DNA from: Marsupella aquatica
Taxonomy: Eukaryota > Plantae > Marchantiophyta
Assembly (NCBI GenBank): GCA_973895155.1
Contig: OZ316899.1
Coordinates: forward strand, 12,961,934 to 13,025,933
Direction: 5' to 3'
DNA: 64,000 nucleotides
In this document: positions 23,808 through 38,600 of the stretch, piece by piece
Position numbering within the stretch: position 1 is the first letter of the stretch
How the letters are laid out: each line of letters opens with the position of its first letter
Notes under the pieces: generated by a model
Seen by the model: the letters and a program-made list of their open reading frames with translations, nothing else
What the model was told of the DNA's origin: nothing
The model's database searches: none
Translations under genes and position numbers: made by a program

Positions 23808-26655
23808 ATGGGACGTGGAAAAATAGAAATAAAGAAAATAGAGAATCCGACAAGCAGGCAGGTCACGTTCTCCAAGCGTCGCGGCGGGCTAATGAAGAAG
23901 GCCCACGAGCTATCAGTGCTTTGCGACGCCGAAATAGCGGTGATAATATTTTCCAGCACTGGAAAGCTTTTCGAATTCTCCAGTAACGGCGGGTATGCCA
24001 TCAATGTCAATTTCGTGATTCGGATTCCATGATGTGTAACAATCTGTCTTCCGTATTAAAGCACATGTCCTTGTTTGGCCTACTGTTTTCTTTGCCTTGA
24101 TAGTCAGACTCTGGGGTAGTCTCCTTGGCAGTAGGAAGCTGTACAAACTAGCGATGTAGAGTATCTTATTCAGCGAGTGAGTCACCTCCCAGGTAGTTGT
24201 TCTACGAGGTAAGATTTGGATGGACACAGGTAACTAGAGCAAGTGTGTCCCAATGCCTGTCTTCGTAGGCGCCTATAACAGTCGTTGATGACAACGATCT
24301 TGTTCAGATATTGGTTTGGAGGTCATTACAAGCCGGTCTGACGCTGACAGTAGGGAGAAATTTGCGAAGAGAATCTATTTATCAATCTCAGGCTTCCTTG
24401 TACGTTCACTTGAGCAGCTTACTCTTCTTTTAACGACAGGCTGTTTCTGACCAACCTAGGGGAGTCCGTAGTCCTCAAATGAGAATCTGGAACTGTGTTC
24501 CGTATTTTCTGTAAGGCAATTTTATGGTGGGATCCCGTCATTTGTTCATTACTGGAACCACTTTGTGAAGAGGATTGAGTTTGGAATGTGCTCGAGCAGC
24601 GTGACGTACCGAAGCATTGACACCGTATCGAGTAGTGATGACCTGTTTCTCCGACATGCATTGAACCATTGTTCTGTACTTTCGTTGGTGAGGGCGATTC
24701 GTGAGCCTATCGGAATGGCAATTTCGGCATCGAAAGTCATCCTTAAAACCTATTTTTTAGTCTTCCGGATTCGCCTTCTAAATATGAACCACTTGTTCGC
24801 ATATGAACCATGATTGTACTGCATTTTCTGGACGTTCATGGAATAGATCCAGGGGACCTGAATTCTCCCGGCTGTGACAAGTAGACCCACAGTAGGTCTC
24901 TTCGACACACAGCCAGTCCCTGAACTAATGGATTATTTGGAAACTTTCACTGTGCAAGGTCACTTTGACAACTATGTCCTAGAGTCCAATCGTAAAATAT
25001 TATACAGTCAGCTGGTTTTTCCTCGGATGATTGTCCTCGTTTTAAACTGAGTTCATCCCATGGAGAAATGGTTCAGCTGGTTTTTCCTCGGATGATTGTC
25101 CTCTTTTTAAACTGATTTCATCCCATAGAGAAATGGTTTGCGCTCAAATAGAACTGAAAGAAGTAGTATTCTGATATCGTGCAATTTGATTCAACAGCCG
25201 TCTTAGCAACCTCCCAAGGGCTGGAAATGGAAGCAAGGGGGGGTTTAAACCCTCCCAGGCACTTTGTGGTTGTTGTTGTGTTGAGCATTGAAAAAGTAGG
25301 ATAGAGGATCGAATCGGGTGCTGTGAGAGGAAAACAAAAGGGGTATGCCCTATGTTCTGACACTGACTGAGAGATCTGGAGGGAGAAACGAGGAAGGCTT
25401 TGTTTGTTGGATCCATTCGAAGAAGTTCGAAAAGGGAAGTCACGCATCTTCTTTGGTGTTTTTCTGACATGTTGTATTGGTTCTTATTAAAAGGATGAAG
25501 GACATTCTCGAAAGATATAGTAAGAATCCTGAAGGATTACAGGCAGGAAGGATGGGTGACAGTAGTGATGTATGTATTCTCTCCCTCACAACCTGGTTGG
25601 ATAGTATACAATAAGTGCGCGAAGAGTTTCTTTCGTGTCCTGGTAACTTCCGCATGTTACGGCTCGACTCCAACAGCTTGATGGAGTAGATTTCGAGTCT
25701 ATCGTTTCAACCATCTATAGTTCCTTTTCTACAACTTGTATCTTTTCTATAATATCAGGGTCTTTTTCGTCTTTTCCTGTCTTGTAGGTGTAGACTGGTC
25801 AAAGGATAGTACTGCAGAAACGCGGGGTAGGTGCAACTTGTAATACGGTAGCGTGCTAAACTTCCGCAGTCATATAATAGTGTTTCAAGTGCCTCACAAT
25901 CGCCACTCGTGACTATGTAAGTGCCCTTAACTTGAGTTTTGGCGTTTGCAGTACATGAGCCGGGAAGTGATGAAACTCAGACATCAGTTGGAGCAGTTTC
26001 AGCATACCCAGAGGTACATTGTTTGTGAAATTTCAATCTCTCAAAGCGTGATTTTGGTTCTGCAAGGAGTGTTTGGATTTGGTCTCTGGATACTACTAAA
26101 TAGGATACATGAATTATACATATAAAGCAAGACGTGGACGAAATTGCAATGGTAATGAAAGGGATAAATAGAGCAGATGTCTTTGACAAGGATGAAACGT
26201 CCAGTTCTCAGGTTACAGTTGTCAAAAAATTACGTTTGGTTGATTTGCAGACACATGATGGGTGAAGATCTTATGGTCTTGAGCGTTCCTGACTTGCTTC
26301 AATTAGAACAACAACTTGATATTGGTGTGAACAGGGTTCGTGCAAGAAAGGTTTGTGCAAATGTTTATAGCCTAACGTCATTCTTGTGTTAGAATGGGAA
26401 AGCCTTGGCTTGAGAAACTGATGTCACAGGTTTTACCGAGATGTGTACATGATTCTAGCTCGTTGTGAATTGTGTGAAACCTGTTTGAATATGTTCACTA
26501 TTATCTGGGAAAGGGTTATCACATGTCCTCATTGCTAAGTTCACACAACTGAATTTTGGAGACTCCTGAAATTCCGTAACCTCGTGCCATACCTCTGCTG
26601 TTATTTGTTTCAGAGTCAAATTCTACTGGAAGAGATTGATGAACTTCGGCGTAAG
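23808..26655 (+). CDS. MADS gene exons 1-5 (M, I, K1-K2 and start of K3)
   Basis: Reads ...[24 protein letters not shown]... [68 protein letters not shown]. Confidence 0.95.
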
Positions 26656-29600
26656 GTATTTTAATGTTTTCTATTGATGCGTATAGTAAAGGGAAGATTG
26701 TATGTTTGTAAACAATGCATTACTTTATGAACGTTCTGTATCTCTCAGAGTCAGCGCCATTCCTCTCCCTGCGCTCATCCAGTGGCTGCAAAAACTATGG
26801 GACTCTATCTTTCCGATGCCCTTTTGAGAGCTTGGTGTGGGAGCTCGCTTCATGGAGGCTACAATGCATTGCATATTGTTTCTCACAATTTATGTTGTGG
26901 TAGTGGACTTTACTGCTTGGCCAGTGGTGGAAAAATCTGTTCTTGGAGCGGGGTGTTGTTGCTTGGATTTTGTCGTGAATATCAGTGATCGGTGTCCACG
27001 GGGAACAACTTCCCTTTACGTACTTTTGTTCAGAGTCATGCATCCTTCTACAGTACTTCGCACCCATTCTTGACCCATGCCATTCGTCATGAGTGGGCTT
27101 TTGTTCAACTTGATCTGAGCTGCCATGACGTTGGCTTTCATTCGCATCCGTAGGGTTTCATTTGATACCATAAACGAAATGGTTAAATGTCATTTTCGGA
27201 AAGTAGTTGAAAATGGCATATGAGAACGGTATGTGAGAATGGGGTCAGGTTGGGCTTAGAAATTAGCATGTTGGATCCACTCATGAGTCTGAGAGTCCTT
27301 GTCAAAGTGATGGCCATGTTGAAAGAGTAATCCGAATAACTAAGTCTTAGGATACCCTATTGGGGCACGGGATAGACAGTACAAGGATGCAGGTCTTCCA
27401 GATGGAAAACACATAAAATAAAAGCCAAAAGGAAAAAATGAAAATGTTCAGTATTTGTCATTTGTTCTTTGGCTCAAAATGTAACCCCGTTCTCTTCTGA
27501 CTTATCAGATAAGTGTTCTGACTCCGCTTATCATCATCATTGGAAATCGTTGACAAACCTAGGTACTGTGGCTTCCTAGAATCCCATGGAAGAGTACATT
27601 CGACATGAAATGCTTGCCACATAACACAAGATGCCGGGTCCAGCGTCCACGTAAAAATATTCAATTTCAAACCGTAGAAGTGAGACCCGGATTGACTCAA
27701 TAAATGACCATTTTATGTTTAATTGAGATAAGCGAGATGAGATATGGTTGTCCGTGTTAGGAAATGAAAGAACAAACTGTAAGGTTTGGATCGGTGGTTG
27801 GATATCAAACTTGTATCGTCCACGGTTTTCTCTACATCGTTATTCACATGCTATCCCCTCTAGACGTGTCTTTCCGAGCCATACATGGATTGGAAGCAAA
27901 TTTCCAAGGGACTTTAAGTCAGAGTCTCGGAAAAGAGCATCCCGAATATCCCTTAGACGACATAACTTTTGGCTAGAAGTTTCCAGAAGTATTGAAAATT
28001 GTCCTGATGATATCCGTCGACAATATGGAAAGATAAAGCCCGGAAATACAGTCTTTACAGGAAACCGACTTTACCACTTTCATGGGCTAAAAACCGAGTT
28101 TACCCAGAGCTTTGTTTTGAAACGGAATGAGATGCCTCTCTGAGGTTTACAGAATCGCCAATTATAGGATTCTTGTCAGAGTTTTGATGAGGTATTATTT
28201 GGAGAGGTACCAAATTGTTGGTTGTACTTTGGTGCTTGCAAAACCCACCGTGGAACTGATTCTATTCTGTCCAGTCTGTGAGTTAATGATCTGGCAATGT
28301 GGTTAGATCTTAGTCATGAGAGAGCCAACCACGGTTCCTCTATGGTTAGACGGGCTTGATTACATTCGTCCTTTTTTGCGGGTAGCCTTCAGTTAGCGCT
28401 GTGTGAAATAGGTCAGAGATAAGTGGTTTTAAGTTGAGGAAATCCATTTTTATGATCTATTTCTTTGCAGATTTGTTAAAACCATTAGACAGGTTCCTTT
28501 GAGAACTTTGGGGGAAAAGATTACACAAGACCGGTTTCTTGAAGCTTACAGCACTTGATAATCGAAAGATTGATAGGAAAGTTGCAGCAAATTCGGAGTT
28601 CTCCCTGGAAATCGTTTTTCTTGTAAAAGTGAAGAAGGTAACCAATTGTTGGCACTAACATCGAGGGATTTCTACTTTGGAACGAGAAAGCTCTGATGCT
28701 GTTAGGCTCTATTTTTAGATTCTTCCTTATGAAGATGCCACTCTTCTGCCACCTATCCCTAGTGAACGGGTGCGAACGTGCTTTAAGCTGAAGGAGTTTT
28801 GCGAAATATCCAGCGTGATTGTCAAATTGAACCTGCCTTAAGCTGAAGGGGTTTGGCAAAATACCTGGTGTGATTGTCAAATTGTGATGGACTGAAATCT
28901 ACACGAAAGCTGTCAGCAATTAAGGTCAAATGAATATTGGAGCTAAAGCATTGACATTGTTAGTAACTGACATTGACTACTTCCTGACGAAACTTTAAGG
29001 AGTTATGTTTCACGGATATTTGCAAGACCTTTGATTTCATCCCGGGTCAAAGCAATGGCTGTGAAACGGTTTTTCGGAGAGCGTGGGCGTAGACCTGGCG
29101 CCCGACTCCTTTTCTGACCGTGTGCAAATTGCAGTCGAAATACGTTTTATCCAAGGATTGACGAAAGTGTAACTCTGACACCTCAACAGGTCCAAAATAT
29201 GCTGCCGTTAGACCACCTCACATAGCAATGCGGGCATCACAAGTTCAAGTTGTGTTTTGACTCTACAACGACTGCACTTAGCACACACGTCCTCTACAAC
29301 CTCCCTCCGCAGATGCATCTGGAAATACTTCAGGTTGAACAGGAATCTAACAGTTTCATGGGTATCTTGTCAAAGGAAATTGGATCACAGGTCACGTAGG
29401 TGGCAAGTACTGTGGCTAAACTGTGCGGTAACACAAGAGAGGTAGTGAATCACAGCCTCTCATAACTACATCCTAGCAACAGTTTAGCTCTTGTATCTAG
29501 AGGAAGAGAGTATTATCTGTTTTAAGTTTTTGGCTGACATCCTAGTCTTCCACTTCATGTATATTGCCCAAATCTTGGATGTGTGGACTGTAGCGTTCAC

Positions 29601-32600
29601 TCCACCGTTACTTCGACGTAGTTTTGCCTGTCAAACACAGAGTAGTCCTTGCTAGACCGTGGATAGGAATTTGTTCATAATCTGTAACAACTTACAAAAA
29701 GGTACGGCTGACATATCCCATGAAGCAGGTATGTCCACATTGCAATCTAGCAGAAGTAGGTCATGAATGGCATTTCCTCTCCACCTGTGTGTAGCATTAT
29801 GTAGCAAGATTTCTCTCCAACATGGACCGTTCACCAACCTCATGCTAATGGTAGCTATCGTCTGAGCGCGCACAGATCTATGCCAAGTATTTCTCAAGGA
29901 CTATGCTAGAGAGAAAGGACGCCCCCGGAGATATGATGAAAAGTCTTTCAGAGTTTTCGAGCTGCCTGTAATGGTCATGTACTTGCTTTGTTTGAGACCG
30001 TGGACTGTGAAATCATTCATTCCTTGATGGTCAATGGTAGAGCTGCTATTGCTCGACCCTGCACAAGATTGCTAGAGATTAGAAGTGTAAATGAAAGGCA
30101 GGTCACACAGGCCCAGTCTTTTCACGAGACAGGCCATTTCAGGTTTGCAATGTGGGTGTAGTTGATGGTGACCACCATTTCGCATTAGAGGTCGCAAGCA
30201 CAACATGACTAGGGTGGTTTTCTGTTACCTGTTTAGATAGCTCCCGGACTTGAATATATACAGCAGATGCTCTACAGCAAGCACAGTATTTGAAAGTTTT
30301 GCGAATGATGATCAGCTTTTTGGACGAAAATCGTTGAGATTGTTTGGACTTTGAAGCTGACAAGGCCCACCTTCATCTTTGACGGGATTTGGTCTTTGTT
30401 TGTTTGTCCTGCGAAGAGGCAGGGCAGACTGGAAATACTTCGATGGCATACGTTTCCATTCCAGTTGCCTTCTCCTTGTCACGTGAGGTCTCCGTACGAC
30501 CTTCACTGATGTGGCCAAAGTCAGCTGTCCTTTTAGGAATTGGAGAAACATGTTGCAGAGTAATAATACTTTGCCAGAAGCCAAAAGCTGTGGTCTCTTG
30601 AGGCAACTGGTTGTCAGGGTCTGGTGGTGAATCTCTTCTCCCCTTGGCACTGATCTATATAGCATAGTATAAGGTGTTGTCCAAATATGGACTCGGAGGA
30701 CCTTTATCTCAGAGATTACTCCAGAAGCCAGCTTGATTGTGCCCAGTAATGTCACAAGAGCACCCATCAGCCGATGAACTGGGCGTGACTGTGGAAGTAC
30801 TTGATATGTAAGAAAGCACATTTTTCATGAGTCGTGTGCTGTGAAGTGGCAGTGTCGACGTACAACGCAGGGTCTATCCCTGGAGGAACGGCAAGTGCAC
30901 TTAAAGTGCGGGCGGGAGATTTCACTCGCGGAAGTGCTCTTCCTTCAGATTCTATGCCCGTTGACCCATTGCTTAATGCGATGGCTCATCTTTCAAACTT
31001 TGAGGCATACTTGTATTCCTGATGGCTGCTTGGCGCTCCAGCAGTGGCCAATTGTTGAAATAGGAGCATATGCTGGAAACATGATGAGGGTCCCATTTTC
31101 TCGTTCCTACAGTTTCAAGGTGACGAGGTTCTCCTTGAGATGCATCTGGAGCCCCTCGTCGTTTGTCATAAGCATCCGAGACAAAGAAGTCCAATGCAGA
31201 TGGGCAAAGTGAGAGCAACGAGCAACTGATATGATGTGCACTGTTATGAGCGAGACGATTTGTGATGTTAAGAGCAGAGTGACGTTGCACTGGTCCAAGT
31301 TTGAAATTCTGCCACGGCCTGTAGGAGGTAGTGGGATAGTATCGCCTCTGTAGGTTGAATATTGTTTCCAGTAGACGCCTCAGCTTCTCTTCCAGTAGTA
31401 GCAGCAGTAGTACGTGTTGTAGTTGTAGTGGCGGGTTGTGGAGTAGGTGAAGGACTAGGTCTGATTCCTGTTACAATTATAATGTGGTAGAGGGTTGCCT
31501 ACCGATACTGGTTACACGACTGGATGCTTCCAGACATGGAAGTGATTGCCGTCCATTAAGGAAATTTGGATCTGGTTTTGACTTAATAGTCGAAATGGGA
31601 GGTAATCTTTTAGAACATCGAAGGAGGAAGAAGTGTAAATCATACTCGTAACATCAGAGAAGACGATCTTCAGAGGATTCAATAGGATAGAAATTGCTAA
31701 CGAGCAGCCTAAGTTGCAGATCCAACCTAGTTTAGTGTGAGTTTGCAACGATAGATCTCCACGAAGAGGTAATTGGATCCGAGGCAAATTTATCCAGAAA
31801 ATTGCTACACTAGAGTGAAATGTGCCCGAGTTTTGAGCAATCTGGTATGTATTCATTTTTGGGTACATAATTTCAGATGTGCAGAATTTTGGCTGTGACG
31901 ATGTGTAGATTGTAAATATCTGGCTTGTGTGCCGTTATGTCTTGAAAGACATGGGTTGCTGAGGTACCTCTGAAAGTTATGCGTGTGGACTATGTCCAGG
32001 TACTATCTCCATTTCCTGCTAGTATATTCACTCTTTTTTTCTCGTTTTCTGCCATCTGTATTTAAAAGCTTCCGCTTCTATGATATAATAATTGTTACTG
32101 TCCATAGCAGATACCAGTCATAGTGGGGCCTGTTCAGTTTATAACCCACAGTTGTGAGGCCTTGGTTACCTCAGAATCATCGCGGTATGTTGCTTTGGTG
32201 GTCTGGATACGGCAAGAGAAAGCTCTGTGCGTACCAAGCTTCTTCATATGCTAAATGGGGGACAGAAGGTGGAGACTGTGGGTCTCCGCTGATAATTCTA
32301 AAGATTGAGCGAACGTGATCGCATATGAAGTGGAGGATACAATTCTCAGACAATCGTGTAAGAGAAGCTTCTGGATCATTGCCTGCCTTCTTACCAGTTT
32401 TAGATGAATTGGAGTTGGTCTCACATCTCTTCATGATCTCTTGGATCAAGGTTCAGTTCAGAATGATCCATCTATGCCCGCGGCATGCAGGACAGTGCTG
32501 TCCTAAAAGCGTGTCTCTCTTCCGGATTTAGTATTTCAAGTCCACAGGGCACATTTTCTATATAACGTATGTGAGCAGGCTGTACACATCATGTTCACTG

Positions 32601-35600
32601 GATCGAGTTTGCAGCAAATAAGTACGATTCTGAACTGGTAGAGATCAACTTTTATACCTCTTATGAAGCAAAATGGATTCAGCACAGACAAAAAGTTGAA
32701 CGTATCTGTAGCCTTCCTAGATATGAGTAGGGTATAATATGGGTTGAGAAGAGTTGTAATGGGCAGACGCTTTAAAGGTTCTTATGTTTTGTTGCGGAGA
32801 TCATGATATTGATCATTGTAGCAGGCTTTTCAGAGTGTCATTTGGCAGTTGGCAAGCTTGCTTCACACATACTGTAAACTTGGTGAACTCAGAGAAGCCC
32901 TGGTTGGTGTGAAGTGGACCTCAAGCTCTGGGGCAGGTGGGTTGCCAATTTCCCGAAGGAAGTCGCATGGCCGCAGGTCTAGAGTTTAGTCAAATGCTTT
33001 TGGTGAATCTTCAAAGTAGCAATCAGAGTGCAGGATTTGGAGTTCATCCCTTGATGTTGTGGGTTTCAGGATATCATAAATGACATTAGAGTTCATCTAG
33101 ACATGGGGTTGAGAGTGGCCTCTCGGTGGTCCCCTCAGCCAATAGATTGAAGGCCCTGTCCAGAATGGATCCAGTCAATCTCGAAGATTTTAACTTTCGT
33201 CCGTCTTTGATTTTGGAACGGAGTTTAGGGTTTCCATTGAGGAGGCAGGCCTTTCAAATAATTCTGTATGAACATCACGAGCGATTGGTGGAGGTATTCT
33301 TGCTTTCCTTCGTGCGAGAATTCAAGTTTGCAGCTAATTAAGACCAGGGAGTCTATAACAGAAAAGACGAGATAGGACTCGTGTAGGATTGAAGAATCTT
33401 GGATATACTCAGGATCTATTGAGCATTTAGCGCAAACAGTCTTTCAATATCTGTGAACGGTGGACTAGAGGTGCAGGATTTTAACCTTAAGATTTGCTGC
33501 AAAAGTCCAATGGTTACCTATTCTCCTGATATCGGGAAGTAAGGGTCGTTTGTTGTATGGTCTAAACCCGACAAAGCTTCTTGCGTTACAAGTTGCAGAT
33601 CAAGGTGTTTTTGGTCAGCTTATACTCCTGATCAAACCATGTCCTTCTTCGATAATTTAAATGTGCACTATGTTTTGTCCTGAGAGATCTCTCTCTGGTG
33701 GCATTCAGGCTTCAACCCTGACGTTGACGTAAGAACCGAAGATAGAATGTGTGGACTAGCTTGAGAATGTTGGAGAGACATACGTTAGAGCACTGGCTCA
33801 CTTACGTGCATGCATTACCGATGAGAGGTTTGCTATAGGCTGGATGTGAGATACTAGAAAGACCACAGCAGAATAAGGGTCGAATGCTGAAATTCTAGCC
33901 GTCTTTCTCTTTAGCCACGTTCCTGATCACGACATTGCGATTTTGGTCAAGAGTTCCTTCGTGGATTTTTTGAGCTCGATTTGATGAGCTAAAAAAGGAC
34001 GAAGGTTAATATGGGTGATATCCACATATTAGGCTTTGCCTGTACATGAATTACATGAAACAAGGCTTCTCATATCAGCCCTTCATCAATAATATTTCTG
34101 TGCAACTTGTCCCATATCGATATCTACCTGGGGCATAAATGTTCCCACCTGGAAGATAAGTTGAAGCTGGTGGAGGACATGGTAGAACAGTAGTAGCATA
34201 CAGAACGCGTTTCCGTGGGTTGTACACCCAAAACTTCTTAGCTCTGTGTTCGACCCCGGAAGGATCTATGGAGCTGAAATGTGAAGACCTGTCATGAACC
34301 AACCTGGCACAATCAGAGTTGCATGTATCTCTAAAAGTGTAAATTGCAGCTGGCAAAGAAGTAAAAGACAAATTAAGAAGGCCTGGCATTACCTAGGACC
34401 ATAGGTCATTCTGCCGGTGTAATGACCTATGGTCGTAGGTAATGCCAGGCCTTTTTAACAGGTCCCAAACCTAATTGTCAGATTGTAAAAACAAAGGGGA
34501 TGTTAGGTAACATGGTTTAGACACTGTATACTATATACGAAACGGTAAATATTGTGCAAACTATATATCTCGATCATATATTCTGTCAATAGGTGTATTC
34601 CATTTCATTCTAGTTTTTTCAAAGAGGTCCGCACCAACTTGCAAATTTTTCATTTCCAAATCAAAGATTGGTAAAGTTTTGCAATTCTCGGATTCCTTTC
34701 TGTCGACAATTAAGTTTTCTTCAAAAAGCTTTCTTCCCCTTCCCCCCCCGGATTTGCCGATTTTTCATTTTCTGATTTGAGCTCGGTCTCCCTGAATTTG
34801 TAAACGTAGTTCTGCAGGAGTTACGTAGATTGGTCTCTGTGATGAAATGAGAAGTCTGGTTGTGATACTTAGAACTGACCACTTCTTGGCTTTCTCCAGA
34901 TATACGATCTGGCTAGTGGGGCGTAGAAAACTTTTATTGGTTTCTTACAGCCTGCCGTGCCAGATGGTTCCGACTCTGTCTTCTGTGTATTTGACATTTG
35001 GGATTGCAGTCTACAAAGCTTTGTTGTGCATGCCCTTGCGAATGTCTGCGTTGCTGAAGTCTCCTGCAAGTCTCCAAAGCGTGCGTAGCCTGGGGGTTTT
35101 TAGGTGGGTCTTTCGTGCCGTACCGCCTTGCTAGCTATACATTGCTTCTTTACTGTTTGCGAGACTTTCACGGAAGTGGGATGTTGTCCACTCGAAGACA
35201 GTGCCCCAGGTTTCCTGAATTAGAAATCATCTTGGCTCCTATCACCTAAATATCTTGCGAGTTGCAGGCCGTTCTTCTGTTTCTGTTGTTAATCAAACGA
35301 TGCATTAGCAATGAGGCAACTGGATGAGGACTTCTTTGAATGTCCAGAAGTAGCAATTGACACAGATGCTTCAGATTGTTCTCTGAGGATCACAGTAGTT
35401 GCCGTCTTAGGGCAGAGGGGTGGGTCCAGAGATTTACTTTTGGATGGGACAGGAGATCGTTTCAGATTTGGCGGTGAGGTAGAGGGGAGAGGTGGAGTGA
35501 ATAGTTAGTGGTGATCACATTTAATCTTAAAGCTGGTCATGTGAAAACCAGAAAACAGGTGACCTGAGTGCCTCGTGAGATTTGGCCAGTGCAGTTTGGC

Positions 35601-38600
35601 CACACAGCAAGCCATTGCTTGACCAAGGTCGGGGATAGAGGACCTATAGAAGAGGTACCTGCCAAACTTGTGGGGTTGTTGGTTGCTGAGATATTCCCGC
35701 CTGAAGATAGGTCTTTGGTCGCTGAGAGATTCCGGCCTGAATATAGGTCAGTGGACATTTGGAAAACTCGTCTTCTATGTCGATATTCTTTTCGATTAGA
35801 TGATGTATTTATCCAATGGACAAGGCTGGCGGATGCTCAGTGGACATGCTAAATCACTCAGGAGAGGCATGTGTTCACAAAATTGAGATAGTTTATCCCT
35901 CAGTTATTGTGGGAAACACAATTCTTCTTTTCGACGTTGAATGTAGCTGGGTGAATCCTGTAGTGGAGACCACCATGCTGCAGTAAACAAGTCTTTGTTC
36001 TTTCTTGATTTTTACCAACGTGAATGTACGAGGAGATGCAAATTTAAGGAAGCTAGGAATGGGGAAAGATGTGTTTCCGTGGACATATCTTCAATTCCTT
36101 TGGATTCAATATAGGTTCAATACAGGGTTTTGTTCTGGTTGCTATTTTTCGGGCACTATTTGGAATCATAGTAGAGCGGTCTGATGGAATCCAGATTTGA
36201 CGGAACATAGGATCTAAGGCCTGTCCGGCTCAGGACGGGATAGTAAGAATTTGATCACAATCCAAAAGCTCTCAGCGTTTTCAAGGAAATGTATTTCCCA
36301 TTGGTGATACTCAAATTAACTGAGGATTTCCAGTTTCAATGTACGTGAAAGCATCCGTGATGATATCTTATTGATGCAGAGGAATCTGTTGGATCTATCA
36401 GAGACTAGGAAATTTTCTTGATAGATGTTACCGGACGGCCACCAAGAATGTGATGCCCTGGAAACTTCCTGCAAATGATGTTAGTTTCATTACCAGAATT
36501 GTGGGGAAGGCATCGTCGGCCACGTAAAGTGGCAGAGGTCTTTCTGCTGTAAGATTCCCTCTCAGAAGCCAAAATACCACATTGGAGTGGCTATTTTGGC
36601 GGTAGTTGTACTCTAATTGCTAAAGTTTTAACATCTTGTGAGAAGGTTTTGTGATGTTCACAAAGCATTAGATGAGTAGATTTGAACTGGTTGTTTCGTC
36701 AACAGGAGCTGAAATTGTTATCCGAAGATTAATTCTAAGGTACTGCTTTGAGACACCAGTTTGGCTCTTAACGCTGAAGTTGTACTCCTGTTCCTTTAGA
36801 CTAGTCGTTTTTATAGCACCGTGCTGTAGAGCTTGGCAAAGAGCGGGCTTACCGTACTCCCTCTGTACTTTGCAGGTGCAGATCCTTTGTTATACATTGG
36901 ATGAACGTGCTGGATTGCTAACCTAAGGGGTGGCCTTCCAAGAAAGCTGGATTGAATAGTTATGGAATCAGAAAGCTAGGCATAAAGTTTCCATGGCCTG
37001 TATTGTAGCTTGCGTTGTACTTAGATGCACACTAGAGTTCTGAAGCTTGAGCGCCTCCCGCAGAATTTCCATTGTTGGCGGAAATTCCCCATGTTCAAGG
37101 TGGTTAAGAGCCAGGGATCTGTTGGAGGAGCATTCTGATCATCCAGCAGTGAGGTAAAGTGAGTTTCCAAACATTTTATTTGAGTAGCTATTTCTGCCTC
37201 AAAATTTCGTCCAAAGTCATAAAGAATTCTGTTCCTCAAGGAGGTTGCAGTTGTGTTTTGCAATTTATGCTGGTTCTTTGCGATTGGAGTTCTGGAGAGT
37301 TAGATGTTATCTTCTTCAGTGATTGCAGCTATTCATAAACTTGTGGGCATTGTGCATGACTGACAAATCGCACTCAATAAGATTTGTTTGGGAAGCGATT
37401 TTTCGCACCTATTGCTGAGCCTTCTCTGGGGGAACGAGATTGGGTTGTAGCATACGGAGGATCCTCTGGGTTAAGTTGACGTGCTCAAACGCATTTCTAC
37501 TGTAATGGACTAAATATGGTTTTGAAAAGTGCATACAGTACTTGTGTTCAGGTGAAGTGGAATCTTTTGCATAAGGACTGATAGTTTGCAAATCTAAGCG
37601 CTGCAAGGGATTGGAATACAGTGTCTAGTGACCGACCCTTCGTGGAAAGGGGCGTTCTGTTTGAGCTTCTCTATTCACCTGTAGTGAATACTAAGTAATT
37701 TTGGTCTTTGTTACTGCCTATCCTTGTGGATCCCAGTATTATGAGAAAATTTTGGCGTGATGGAACCTTTTAGTTCAAATTGAGCTCAGTTTCAAGTCCT
37801 CGGAACCAGAAATAGTGCAGGAGGCAGAAAGTACAGGAAAGCAAGAAAATTGCCATTTGGGAGGGAAAGGTAGCTTTGTCAGGGTTTACACAAACGCTAA
37901 TACTAATTGTTATTAATGAGCTTCGAGAATTTTCCTTTGTGTTAGAACGTAATGGAATTCCTTTATATCTGCGAAGGTATACGAACATGTCGAGACAAGC
38001 TCATGAGTGACTTCGTGGTTTGATAACAACCGGTTATGCTTTTCGTTTTGCTGCATACTATGATCTCAAAGCCTATTTTTAGTGAGTGTTGTTTAGAAAG
38101 GCAGACTGGGAGTATGGAGGATCAAGGTACTCTCATTTGATGGCTTGCAGTGGCGAGCATCACTGACTGTGTCTCGTTCTTCTGAAACTAGAGATCTTCG
38201 AGTCTGCTGGTACTAAATTACCTGTATTGTAAGCTACAAACAATATGTGTTGGTCTTAATGATTTGTATGACTTGCAGTATTCACTGCCACTGTTGTGGT
38301 GAGTTACAGAGATCTCACTATCTAGAGTTTTTCTTCAAGTCTTCTTTGATAGTAAAATTAGGGGCGAGGGAGATGAAGTTGAAGAAACGGAAAAGCCAGC
38401 GGTCAAGAATCAACAAACATTTCTCAAAATGGGGCACGAGGGAATGAATGGTGTCATGGAATGGCCAAAGTATTCAAACTACGGGCTGCTTGTGAGTTGT
38501 GTTCTGTAAGGATTTTAAGCAAACCTACGAGGTCAAACGGACAATAGTTCTTGTCTTTTACAAGTTTCCAAAGCTGGCTATCTTTTCTTTTGCAATTGAA

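Noticed and set aside
23808-24032. 74-aa single-exon (type I) MADS gene as given by the ORF track
   Set aside because: A donor at 23993 and downstream I, K and C exons of canonical size show it is exon 1 of a MIKCc gene.
30681-30690. Perfect CArG box CCAAATATGG in intron 5 as an autoregulatory site
   Set aside because: About one such 10-mer is expected by chance in 21 kb at this base composition, and I saw no cluster.
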